Source: Acidimicrobiales bacterium (GTDB taxonomy: Bacteria > Actinomycetota > Acidimicrobiia > Acidimicrobiales > Bog-793). From it: DNA of 64,000 nucleotides. The notes beneath the pieces were generated by a model. That model was not told the DNA's origin and ran no database searches. It worked only from the letters and a program-made list of their open reading frames with translations. Both the position numbers and the translations under genes were made by a program. This document shows, one piece after another, positions 36,269 to 44,911 of this stretch. Position 1 is the stretch's first letter; each line of letters begins with the position of its first letter. The stretch covers positions 103,011 through 167,010 of the forward strand of contig JBEKYM010000003.1 in the NCBI GenBank assembly GCA_049510975.1, given 5' to 3'.

Positions 36269-36329
36269 GCGGTTTCTGGGTGCATGAAAGGGACACATGT
36301 GTCCCCAACCGTCACCCAGAACGAGGATC
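36269..36329. repeat. Structured repeat, copy B (nested hairpin)
   Basis: TCTGGGTG (36275-82), CATGAAA, perfect 16-bp palindrome GGGACACATGTGTCCC (36290-305), CAACCGT, CACCCAGA (36313-20). Confidence 0.85.
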
Positions 36330-36391
36330 CAGGCCAGGGCCGCCGGTTCTTCGCGAATGGGGGCGAGCACCAGACTGTGAAGCAGCGGGGA

Positions 36392-37147
36392 CTACAGCTC
36401 GTGGAGCATCCAGACGTTCGGCTCCCAGTAGCCGCCGATGCCGTCACGAACACTGAGCGGTGCGAGCCCGGACGGGAAGACGTACTCGCCGTCCTCCGGA
36501 AAGGTCATCTCGGTCCATCGCTCCCAGTCGTCCACCGGGGCCTCGATCCGGAGCGATCGTGGCTCGCATCGCAAGACGGTGGCCCCCAACCGAGCGTGTA
36601 CCCGCAGCCAAGGGTCGATCGGCAACCCGTCCGGGCGCTTCCAGGCGGCGTAGCGGTCGATCGGAGTGAGCGGGTAACGATCCTTCCAGCTCGGCCGGAC
36701 GGGGGCCACGAGCGAGGCGAGACCGGCCGTGCGGGCAGCAGCAGCCATCGCCTCGATCACGAGACGGCTCAGACCCCGGCCTTGCTGGTCCGCCGTCACC
36801 TCGGCTGCAAGGGCTGAGAGCGCAGTTGGTGGCCGCGGGTCGTCAATCGCCTGGAGCCCGACTGCGTCGATTCCGACGGGAAGGTCTTCGAGCGAACCGT
36901 CCCATCGGAAAGGAATGGTTCTCCCTCGAGCGACGATGCGGTCCATATCCGTGTCGTAGAGGAGCACCTGGAAATGCGCATGTCGCGGAACGAGCGTTCC
37001 GAAGTACTTTCCGGTGTGATTCCCGTGGTTGTTGTACTCCGGCCATACTCCCTCGAAGCACGAGCGCGCCTGCTCCCAGAGCTCCGGACGCTCCTCGGCC
37101 GTGAACACGTCGATCGACGACGGGCGTCGCGCAGGGGTCGCTTTCAT
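36392..37147 (-). CDS. GNAT-like acetyltransferase family protein
   Basis: Start ATG at 37147. QQGRGLSRLVIEAMAAAARTAG acetyl-CoA-binding-like motif. Confidence 0.65.
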   Translation of the reverse strand: MKATPARRPSSIDVFTAEERPELWEQARSCFEGVWPEYNNHGNHTGKYFGTLVPRHAHFQVLLYDTDMDRIVARGRTIPFRWDGSLEDLPVGIDAVGLQAIDDPRPPTALSALAAEVTADQQGRGLSRLVIEAMAAAARTAGLASLVAPVRPSWKDRYPLTPIDRYAAWKRPDGLPIDPWLRVHARLGATVLRCEPRSLRIEAPVDDWERWTEMTFPEDGEYVFPSGLAPLSVRDGIGGYWEPNVWMLHEL

Positions 37148-37307
37148 CGGCCATATCTTGCCCTGCGCAGGCGCAGCCCCCGTCATCCGTCCGTTGAGAG
37201 CCGTCTCCCGTCGAGCGCACGATCCCGTCGATCGGGGATGGACGCCGGCCCGGCAGACGAACCGAAGTTGTGCGTTCACCTGCCCGCCCGTGTCCGATCT
37301 GGCGCGG

Positions 37308-38000
37308 CTAGGGCTCCCAGACCGCTCCGTCATGGGCGAACACGACTCGTCGGGGGTCGAAGGCTTGGAGGCGCGTGATCCAGTCAGGTACCGGTGGAAG
37401 GTCACCGCCATGGCGGTCGTGGGCGGCACGCGCCGCGAGCACGTCGCGCCCGAACGCCGTCGCACTGTCATGACTCTGGCCGGCGATGATCACCGTCCCA
37501 TCGGCCCGGCGCACGACGACCGACTGGTGGCCGGCGGTGTGCCCCGGCGTCGGCACGACGAACACGCCCCGCAGGATCTCCGCCTCGCCGTCGAGCAACT
37601 CGTAGGACAGCCCTGGGGCATCGACCAGCTCGGCCAGCGTGTAGTCCGGACCTCGAGCTGCTTCGAGCTCGACCCGTTGGGTGAAGATCGGCCGTCCGCC
37701 CAGCCGAGGGTTCCCGCCGCAATGATCGAAATGAAGGTGGCAGTTCACCACGCACTGAACGTCCGCGACGGACACGCCGGCCGTCGCCAAGGCCTCGTCG
37801 AGTGGGAGGCGTCGCGGCCGGTAATGAGCATCCACCTCTGGGTGCGAGCCCATCCCGGTGTCGACGACAATGAGAGCGTCGGGGTGCGAGATGACGTAGC
37901 CCAGGCAGGGCTCCACTCGGGCCTGCCCGCTCCCGGTCTCATCAGCGGGCCGAACGAAGTACCCGTAGTCGATACGTCGCACCCGAAGCTCCATGCCCAT
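37308..38000 (-). CDS. MBL-fold metallo-hydrolase (N-acyl-homoserine-lactonase-like)
   Basis: HLHFDHCGGN zinc motif, and TPGHTAGH. Confidence 0.8.
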   Translation of the reverse strand: MGMELRVRRIDYGYFVRPADETGSGQARVEPCLGYVISHPDALIVVDTGMGSHPEVDAHYRPRRLPLDEALATAGVSVADVQCVVNCHLHFDHCGGNPRLGGRPIFTQRVELEAARGPDYTLAELVDAPGLSYELLDGEAEILRGVFVVPTPGHTAGHQSVVVRRADGTVIIAGQSHDSATAFGRDVLAARAAHDRHGGDLPPVPDWITRLQAFDPRRVVFAHDGAVWEP

Positions 38001-38398
38001 TCAGACCAAACTACCCAGACAGAACGACGGCGAAGCCGGAGTCGGTCGTCGGGTCGGTGGCCCTGTTTCGTCTGAGGTTCGGGCGATTTTCGCTCGCCTC
38101 CACGTCAACGCGCTTGCAGGGATACCTGCTCTGTTGCTAGCGGGTCGCCTGCGTCGGCGTTCGGCCGGGCGTCCATCTGTCGCCAGATGGGGAAACGAAC
38201 GGTGGGAGTGTGGCAAATCCGTAAATGATCGCCGCTGACAGCAGCGCGACGCGGACCCCTACGAAGGACACGAGAAGCCCACCCGGAGGCTTCCGAATGG
38301 GATGCCGACCCACGCCGAGGCGCCGACTGCGCCGAGGACACGGGCTTGGAGGTGGCGGGGGACGCGCTCGTACTCGATCGCGCCGACGATGCCAACCG

Positions 38399-39001
38399 TC
38401 AGGACGAGCTGTTGTCCGACTCGTAGGTGACGCACCCGCTTGTCGTGCCGGGCGCGCACAGGGTGAGTGTCAGGGTGGTGACTTCGTAGCTCCAATCAAC
38501 CGTGCCGTAGGCGGCGTTGCACGACTCGCCACAGTTCGACGTCTCGGTGTCGAGAGCGAGGGTGTTCCCCTGCGTTCTCCACTGGCCAAAGGTCTCGACC
38601 CCCGCACAGTCGCTGTTCTCCGGGTCCTGCGCGAAGCTGAACGTCCCGTTGGCACCGAAAGAGAACGAGTCGATGTCTTGACACGCGCCCGTCATCTCAC
38701 TGCTCTCTTCGACCCAGTTTCCAACCACCGCCTCGTCGAGCGACCCGGTCGGCGCACTCGAGCTCGGGGCGGTGTTGCTCCCAGGCGTCGTGGTGTCAGT
38801 GGAGCCAGGGGGACGGGTGGTCTGGCCCGGGTTGGTGCTTCCTCCTCCCACAGGAGTTGTCCCCGGACCCTTGGAAGGGCCACAACCGGCCAACACCACG
38901 CCTGCGACGATCAGAGCACCCACCGTCCGGGCGTTGAGCCAACGCCTGTGGCACCCTCGTGCCAGGTCACCAAGGCGCGACCCGGGAGTCCTGTCCCTCA
39001 T
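38399..39001 (-). CDS. Lipoprotein with Thr/Pro/Gly-rich linker and Cys-rich lipocalin-like domain
   Basis: Lipobox VVLAGCG, followed by a low-complexity linker and a domain containing 6 Cys. Confidence 0.7.
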   Translation of the reverse strand: MRDRTPGSRLGDLARGCHRRWLNARTVGALIVAGVVLAGCGPSKGPGTTPVGGGSTNPGQTTRPPGSTDTTTPGSNTAPSSSAPTGSLDEAVVGNWVEESSEMTGACQDIDSFSFGANGTFSFAQDPENSDCAGVETFGQWRTQGNTLALDTETSNCGESCNAAYGTVDWSYEVTTLTLTLCAPGTTSGCVTYESDNSSS

Positions 39002-39316
39002 CGTTTCCTGCTCTCTCTGAGGCCCGGTGGCAACGCCAACCCACTGCGCCGGTCCGGGCGCCGTTTCACGTCAGCCCTTGAGTTCGAGCAACTGTATGTG
39101 AAACGCCCGGGATCGGTGACAGCTCCAACCTTGAGAGCGTGGAGCGTCGGACAGGGGTTGAGGGTCGCCGGCTCGACGCGTCGCCGCTTGTGCCATGCGA
39201 TGGCACAGCCTTGTCACGCCTGAAAAGCGGCGGACTCGATTCCGTCGGAGAGCGGCAGGTGCTCGGGCTACTGGTCTGGCGAGCTCTCGCGGGCCTCACG
39301 GCAAGGGGGAGCGAAC

Positions 39317-41773
39317 GTGTCCATGCTCATCGAGAGGACGATCGGGAGGCCGGGGTCAGGGCGACGAGGGGGACGCCACACGTTGCGCGGCGACGGCTGG
39401 CAGCTGGTGTGGCTTGCCCGGGTGGCTGGTGCCGTCGCCCTGGTCGTGGCGACGCTCCTCATGTCGAGCGGGCCGGCCCTTGCCGCCGACTCTGGGGCGA
39501 GTCCGGCGTCCGCCCATTCGGCACCGCTGGACACAGTGGGTGCGAGCATGCCGACACCGCCAGGGTTGCCGGCCCGTCCGCGTGGGGTTGCTCTGCCGAA
39601 GGGGGTCCCTGCGCCGGGCACTTCCGTCTCTCCACCTGGTGCCAAGTCCAACTGGTCGGTCCAGCCGACATCCAACACGCCAAACCTGGAGCCGACCAAT
39701 CTCAGTTCCGTCTCCTGCACGGCGACCAATGCGTGCGAGGCCGTCGGCGACTACTTCGACGGTGGGAAGCAGCTCACTCTGGCGGAGGGATGGAACGGCA
39801 CGACCTGGTCCGTACAACCGAGCGCCAACCCGAACGCCTCCAACGCTCTGAACGCGGTGTCATGCACCGCTGCCACAGCATGTGAGGCAGTCGGCTCGAT
39901 CTACAACGGCGAGGACTCCTACCCTCTGGCCGAGGTTTGGAACGGCGCAGTCTGGACCAGCCAATACATCCCCAACCCGAGCGGCTCTACCTACAACGAA
40001 CTTGAGTCGGTCTCCTGCACGGCGTCCGACGCCTGTATGGCCGTGGGCTACTCCTACATCGACTCGGAGTGGTCCACGTTGGCGGAGGCTTTGAGCGGGA
40101 GCAACTGGACGATTGAGTCCACCCAAAACCCAGGCGACATCAACTACCTGTACGGCGTCTCCTGCACAGCAGCTGATGCCTGCGTCGCCGTCGGCGACTT
40201 CGACTGCTCGTCGTACTGCGGCCTGGTCGAGGTCTGGAACGGGACGAACTGGTCGGACCAGTCCATGCCCAACCCGAGCGGCGTCTCCCTCACTTTCCTG
40301 GACGGCGTCTCCTGCACGGCGACCGATGCTTGTGAGGCGGTGGGTGAGTATTACGTGGGTGAGGACACGGTCACCCTGGCGGAGAGCTGGAATGGGACGA
40401 CCTGGTCGGAGCAGTCCACTCCCAATCCGACTGGGGCGACCGGCAATGCCCTCGAAGGCGTGTCGTGCACAGCGACAGACGCCTGTATCGGCGACGGCTG
40501 GTACTCCAACGGTTCGCAGACCTTGCCCTTGGCAGAGGACTGGAACGGGAGCACCTGGATGATCGAGTCCCTCTACGACTCGTTCGGCAACTCCGGCCTC
40601 TCCGGAGTCTCGTGCTCGTCGGCCAGTGCGTGCCAAGCCGTCGGTAACTATGAAGACGGTGCAGGCGACTACCCGCTCGCATATGTGTGGAACGGGTCGC
40701 AATTGGCCTTCCAGATCGTCCCGAACGGAGCCAGCAGCAGCTCGCTGGCTTCGGTGTCGTGCACGGCGGCCGACGCGTGTGTTGCCGTCGGATACTCCCT
40801 CCCCCTCATCGGCTCCGATTACTCGCCTCTGGCCGAGACCTGGAACGGGACGAGCTGGGCCCTCATGTGGCCGCCCCCGCCCAACCCAAACGGCTCCAGC
40901 GACACCTACCTCGAGTCGGTCTCCTGTACCACGGGCGGCTGCATGGCCGTCGGGCAGTACTGGAACGGTTCGGCCTACCAGAGCCTGGCCGAGGATTGGA
41001 ACGGGAGCAGCTGGACCCTCGAGCCGACCTCCAACCCAGGCAGCAGCACTGAGCTGCTCGGCGTGTCGTGCACGGCGGCCAACGCCTGCGAGGCCGTCGG
41101 TACGTACTCGAATGGTTCCGACTACGACAGCCTGGTTGAAGTGTGGAATGGGACGGCTTGGTCGGACCAGTCCAGTCCCAACCCCGCCAAATCGCTCGGC
41201 ACCTACCTCGACGGGATCTCGTGCACGGCGGCAGGTGGCTGCGAAGCTGTCGGGTCCTACTACAAGGCCTCAGGTGTCTACTACACCCTCGCCGAGACCT
41301 GGAATGGCACCAGTTGGGCGATCCAGTCGAGCCCGAGCCACAAGGGTGCCTCCAGTTTCCTGGGGAAGGTGTCCTGCTCAGCTACCGATGCTTGTGTGGC
41401 CGTCGGTACCTACGACAAGAAAGCTGGAACCGTGCTCACGCTGGCCGAGAGCTGGAACGGCACGAGCTGGGCCATCAACTCCAGTCCCAACCCCGGCAAA
41501 GCTGGGAGCGCGCTGGACGGGGTCTCCTGCAGCGGGGAGAGTGGCTGCGTGGCCGTCGGCTACTACGACACCGACTCGGGCTCTCAAGCACTCGCCGAGT
41601 CCTGGAACGGGACGACGTGGGCCTCCAGCCGGACCGCCATTCCTTCCGCCGCGATCGGCAGCTCCCTTGCAGGCGACTGGTGCAACGGCGTCAGTGCGTG
41701 TGTCGCCGTCGGCAGCTACTCCAACATCTCCGGTGTTTCGCTGACGTTGGCCGAGGCAGAAGGCGGGGACTAG
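39317..41773 (+). CDS. Secreted 14-unit Cys-pair repeat protein (SC-T-x4-C-x-AVG ... LAE-x-WNG-T/S-x-W ... PNP)
   Basis: Signal peptide ending ALAADSG. 14 units of ~45-55 aa, counted by eye. Confidence 0.8.
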   Translation: MSMLIERTIGRPGSGRRGGRHTLRGDGWQLVWLARVAGAVALVVATLLMSSGPALAADSGASPASAHSAPLDTVGASMPTPPGLPARPRGVALPKGVPAPGTSVSPPGAKSNWSVQPTSNTPNLEPTNLSSVSCTATNACEAVGDYFDGGKQLTLAEGWNGTTWSVQPSANPNASNALNAVSCTAATACEAVGSIYNGEDSYPLAEVWNGAVWTSQYIPNPSGSTYNELESVSCTASDACMAVGYSYIDSEWSTLAEALSGSNWTIESTQNPGDINYLYGVSCTAADACVAVGDFDCSSYCGLVEVWNGTNWSDQSMPNPSGVSLTFLDGVSCTATDACEAVGEYYVGEDTVTLAESWNGTTWSEQSTPNPTGATGNALEGVSCTATDACIGDGWYSNGSQTLPLAEDWNGSTWMIESLYDSFGNSGLSGVSCSSASACQAVGNYEDGAGDYPLAYVWNGSQLAFQIVPNGASSSSLASVSCTAADACVAVGYSLPLIGSDYSPLAETWNGTSWALMWPPPPNPNGSSDTYLESVSCTTGGCMAVGQYWNGSAYQSLAEDWNGSSWTLEPTSNPGSSTELLGVSCTAANACEAVGTYSNGSDYDSLVEVWNGTAWSDQSSPNPAKSLGTYLDGISCTAAGGCEAVGSYYKASGVYYTLAETWNGTSWAIQSSPSHKGASSFLGKVSCSATDACVAVGTYDKKAGTVLTLAESWNGTSWAINSSPNPGKAGSALDGVSCSGESGCVAVGYYDTDSGSQALAESWNGTTWASSRTAIPSAAIGSSLAGDWCNGVSACVAVGSYSNISGVSLTLAEAEGGD

Positions 41774-41918
41774 TCCTTGGGGGTCTCGGTCTCGTCCGGA
41801 TAGGACCCTTCAGATGGGCGGCGTCGGCAACGATCGCGGCGGGCTTGGGCAGTTGTGGTCCGAGGCGGCCAACGTCAGGGGTCGATTCCGATGCTCGGCG
41901 TGTGTGGCTGGCGTGTTG

Positions 41919-41991
41919 CTGGCGGGGGAGGGCTCGAACCTCCAACCTCCTGATCCAAAGTCAGGCGTTCTGCCGATTGAACTACCCGCCA
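41919..41991 (-). tRNA. tRNA-Gln (anticodon TTG), no encoded CCA
   Basis: 73 nt folded by hand. Acceptor TGGCGGG/CCCGCCA, D arm GTTC/GAAC, anticodon arm CCTGA-CTTTGGA-TCAGG, T arm GGAGG-TTCGAGC-CCTCC. Confidence 0.9.
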
Positions 41992-42122
41992 AGGTAGGCG
42001 TTTTGGGCGACGAGGCCCTCGGGCTGTGACTCCAGCCTGACACAGACGGCAGGCGGTTTGGTCCGCTGCGCCAGGAGGGTGCGAGACGCCGACAGCGCCG
42101 GCCGGTGACGCCCGGCCGGGAG

Positions 42123-42851
42123 TCACCGAGTGGCCGAGATCGTGTGACCGCACGCTCCGCAGTAGACGAGGGTGACGTTGCCCGGGGGCCGGCGGCGCCC
42201 GGATGTTCCGGCGCCCGGTGACGCCACGCTCATCGTCGCCAACACATCGGCCAAACGTTCCCCGCACTTGGGACACAACGGCGGAGCCAGCACGCGTGTC
42301 GGGACGACTTCCCCATCGCCGCGGCTGCCCTCGGAGGACGCCTCCGACGACGGGGTCTCCGGCCCGCCGCTCGAGCCGGGACCACCGCCAAAGCGGTCCT
42401 GATCGAAGAGCCGCTCACGCCCGGCGCGGGCCTCGAGCACCTCGTCGCGGAGCTCGACCAGATCTACGCCCATGTCCGTGAGCACGAGTGCGGCAACGCC
42501 GCTCGCCTGACGGATGATCCCGAGCAGCAGATGCTCCGGGCCGACCTCGAGATCGTCCAGCTGCTCGGCCTCCCGGCTCGCCAAAGTGAGCACCTGCTTC
42601 GCCCGAGCCGTCAGCGGTTGGGCGTTCTCGGAGGCGTCATCTCGACCGCTTCCCGGGCGGGCGACCTGGGTCCGCACCTCGACGGCGACGATGCCGTGCT
42701 TGGACAGGAGCGGAGCGGCGATCTCGTCGTCGCAGGCGAGCAGACCGAGCAGGATGTGCTCGGTCCCGGTGAACTCGTGACGTAGTCCGGCCGCCTCCTG
42801 CCTGGCGATCGCCAGCACCTTGTCGCTCTCGGCGCTGAGGGCATCCATCAC
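42123..42851 (-). CDS. Clp_N (ClpC/ClpB N-terminal repeat) domain protein with C-terminal 4-Cys zinc ribbon
   Basis: Two Clp_N repeats (TEHILLGLL and PEHLLLGII), a Gly/Ser linker, then CPKC ... CGAC. Confidence 0.8.
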   Translation of the reverse strand: MMDALSAESDKVLAIARQEAAGLRHEFTGTEHILLGLLACDDEIAAPLLSKHGIVAVEVRTQVARPGSGRDDASENAQPLTARAKQVLTLASREAEQLDDLEVGPEHLLLGIIRQASGVAALVLTDMGVDLVELRDEVLEARAGRERLFDQDRFGGGPGSSGGPETPSSEASSEGSRGDGEVVPTRVLAPPLCPKCGERLADVLATMSVASPGAGTSGRRRPPGNVTLVYCGACGHTISATR

Positions 42852-43055
42852 CCCTCGACGCTACCCGTCTGCGCTCGTCTGAGTGTGCCAATGAGCTGCC
42901 GGGGGTGTTCGACGGTTGGTCGCGGCCGATGTGGCCCGCCGCGCATCGAGATCCAAGACAACGGCCCTCAACAGCAGGAACGGCTGCTCGTACGGGCCGC
43001 CGGCGACTCCCCGCGGACGACGCAGCCCTAAAGACCGGCTATCCTCACCCTCGCC

Positions 43056-43157
43056 ATGGGTTCCCTCATCAAGAAGCGCCGTAAGCGCATGCGCAAGAAG
43101 AAGCACAAGAAGATGCTGAAGCGCACACGCTGGCAGCGCAGAGCCGCCGGGAAGTAA
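43056..43157 (+). CDS. Small-subunit ribosomal protein bS22 (33 aa)
   Basis: MGSLIKKRRKRMRKKKHKKMLKRTRWQRRAAGK matches the actinobacterial bS22/AURKAIP1-like family. Too short for the ORF track. Confidence 0.85.
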   Translation: MGSLIKKRRKRMRKKKHKKMLKRTRWQRRAAGK

Positions 43158-43181
43158 CTCCCGGGGGCCTCGGCCGTCGCC

Positions 43182-43952
43182 TCACGACGCCGGGACCGTG
43201 CTCACCAGCTTCACGAGGGCGCTCTCGCCTGCGGTGGAGATGGCCGCTGTCATCCGTAGCTGTACGTCGGCCAGCTCGTCGCGCCCGCCCTCCAGCCACC
43301 ACGTGCCGCCGCTGCCGGCGAGCCGCGGGCGCCGGCCGGCCGTCGCCGACACGAGGTCGCGCCACCACTCGAGACGGGGCTCTACGGCGAGGGCCGCCGG
43401 CTCGAGGTCGTTCTCCAGCTCCCCCGCCGGCCCGCCGATCGAATCCCAGGCGGCATAGACCGACGGCGTCGAGATATGGAGCCGGGGAACGACGAGCAGC
43501 AGATCGGTCTCCTCGAAGGCCAGCGGCTCGACAACCTCGCCAACTCCGCTCACGAGAGCCCTCCCACCGCTCAAGCAGAACGGCACGTCGGCGCCCAACG
43601 AGGCGGCAACGCTCACATCGCTACAGCCACCCCACCGCAGCACAGCGGCCGCGTCCGCCGAGCCACCACCGAGCCCGGCTCCGGCCGGAATGCGTTTGCG
43701 GAGACGAACACTGGCCGATCGCCCGACGGCTCGCAGGGCGAGCTCGACCAGGTTCGGTCCGGGACCATGTGGCACTCGAGCGGCGGTTCCGATCCAGTCG
43801 ACCTCGTCGACGACATCGAGGCCGCCGCCCGGGCCGATCTCGAGCTCGTCCACGAGGCTCACCGTGATCATCTCTGCTTCGAGGAGGTGGTACCCGTCGG
43901 AGCGTCGGCCGACGACGCGCAAGGAGCGGGTGAGTTTTGCGGGCGCCGTCAC
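43182..43952 (-). CDS. ispE: 4-diphosphocytidyl-2-C-methyl-D-erythritol kinase
   Basis: GTG at 43952 overlaps the rsmA stop (GTGA). APAKLT ... IPAGAGLGGGSADAAA GHMP-kinase motif. Confidence 0.85.
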   Translation of the reverse strand: MTAPAKLTRSLRVVGRRSDGYHLLEAEMITVSLVDELEIGPGGGLDVVDEVDWIGTAARVPHGPGPNLVELALRAVGRSASVRLRKRIPAGAGLGGGSADAAAVLRWGGCSDVSVAASLGADVPFCLSGGRALVSGVGEVVEPLAFEETDLLLVVPRLHISTPSVYAAWDSIGGPAGELENDLEPAALAVEPRLEWWRDLVSATAGRRPRLAGSGGTWWLEGGRDELADVQLRMTAAISTAGESALVKLVSTVPAS

Positions 43953-44848
43953 GACGCCGGCGTCGCCCCCCCACTGCCGATCTGCCGTAGACACCCCGCC
44001 AGCTTGCCCCAAGTCTCGACCCCCAGCTCCTCTGGCCGCCGGGTCGAGTCGACACCGGCCGCCGCGAAGACCTCGTCGCTCACGAGGTCGGCGAGGGATC
44101 GTCGCAACATCTTCCTCCGCCCGGAGAAACCCGCCCTCACCAGACGATCGATCTCCTCGAAGCTGGCGACCTCGGGCGGCACCGGCGGCGCCTGGCGGCG
44201 AACGATCTCGACGAGGACGGACTCGACGTTGGGACGGGGCAGAAAGACGTTCGCCGGCACCTTCGCCACGACCCGTGCCGTGGCGAAGTAGGCCACCCGA
44301 ACCGTCACAGCGCCATAGACGCGAGACCCGGGAAGCGCAGCGAGCCGTTCGCCCGCCTCCCGCTGGACCATCACGAGCATGCGGGAGATGGCGGGCACGC
44401 CGGCGAGGAGATCGGCCACGAGCGGCGTAGCGATGTTGTACGGGAGGTTGGCGACGAGCACCCACGGCCGAGGATCGCCGTCGGCATCGCCGGCATCGCC
44501 GGCTTTGCCGGCACCGAGCAGCTCACTCCAGTCACAGGCCATGGCGTCGGCCCGTACGACCGTGACGCCGAGCGGCTCGACGAGGGAGCGCAGGACGGGC
44601 TCGAGGTAGCGATCGATCTCGACGGCGAGCACTTCGGCCCCCGTTGCCGCCAGGGCGAAAGTGAGCGAGCCGAGGCCGGCGCCGATCTCGACGACGCGAT
44701 CGCCCGGTCCGACGGCGGCGAGGCGTGCGACTCGCTCGACGACGTTGGGGTCGACGACGAAGTTCTGCCCGAGAGCTCGCGACGGTGAGATGCCGTGATC
44801 GGCGAGCAGAGCGACGATCTCCGCCCGTCCGGGCGGTCGCCGGCTCAC
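43949..44848 (-). CDS. rsmA: 16S rRNA (adenine1518/1519-N6)-dimethyltransferase
   Basis: LGQNFVVD, VVEIGAGLGSLT and ANLPYNI motifs. Confidence 0.9.
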   Translation of the reverse strand: MSRRPPGRAEIVALLADHGISPSRALGQNFVVDPNVVERVARLAAVGPGDRVVEIGAGLGSLTFALAATGAEVLAVEIDRYLEPVLRSLVEPLGVTVVRADAMACDWSELLGAGKAGDAGDADGDPRPWVLVANLPYNIATPLVADLLAGVPAISRMLVMVQREAGERLAALPGSRVYGAVTVRVAYFATARVVAKVPANVFLPRPNVESVLVEIVRRQAPPVPPEVASFEEIDRLVRAGFSGRRKMLRRSLADLVSDEVFAAAGVDSTRRPEELGVETWGKLAGCLRQIGSGGATPAS

Positions 44849-44911
44849 GAGGAGCCCGCCGTCATTCGCCCGCCGGCCGGGTGGCCGGCGCCGTCGGGTT
44901 GGCTCGCCAGC

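Noticed and set aside
33834-36329. Reading the two hairpin elements as integron attC sites bounding a cassette.
   Set aside because: The architecture of R-box stem, unpaired spacer, L-box stem and small loop is superficially attC-like. However, the ends read GTT...AAC rather than RYYYAAC...GTTRRRY. There is no intI gene, and only two copies are present.
33834-36329. Reading the cassette as an IS200/IS605-type element with subterminal hairpins.
   Set aside because: No TnpA (HUH) or TnpB (RuvC/zinc-finger) gene is present. The single intact ORF contains a single Cys and no nuclease motif.
38001-38398. 398-nt gap between the lipoprotein and MBL hydrolase genes, as a possible missed gene or sRNA.
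   Set aside because: All six frames give short Arg-rich translations without motifs, and I saw no convincing structure or repeat. It remains unannotated.
41860-41918. T-loop-like GGTCGATTCC next to tRNA-Gln (a possible second tRNA or tRNA fragment).
   Set aside because: There is no complementary T-stem, acceptor stem or anticodon arm.
33800-41991. tRNA-Gln-linked genomic island covering the lower-G+C accessory stretch.
   Set aside because: No integrase, excisionase or mobility gene is present. I found no direct repeat of the tRNA 3' end elsewhere in the window. It remains possible only as an ancient, decayed island.
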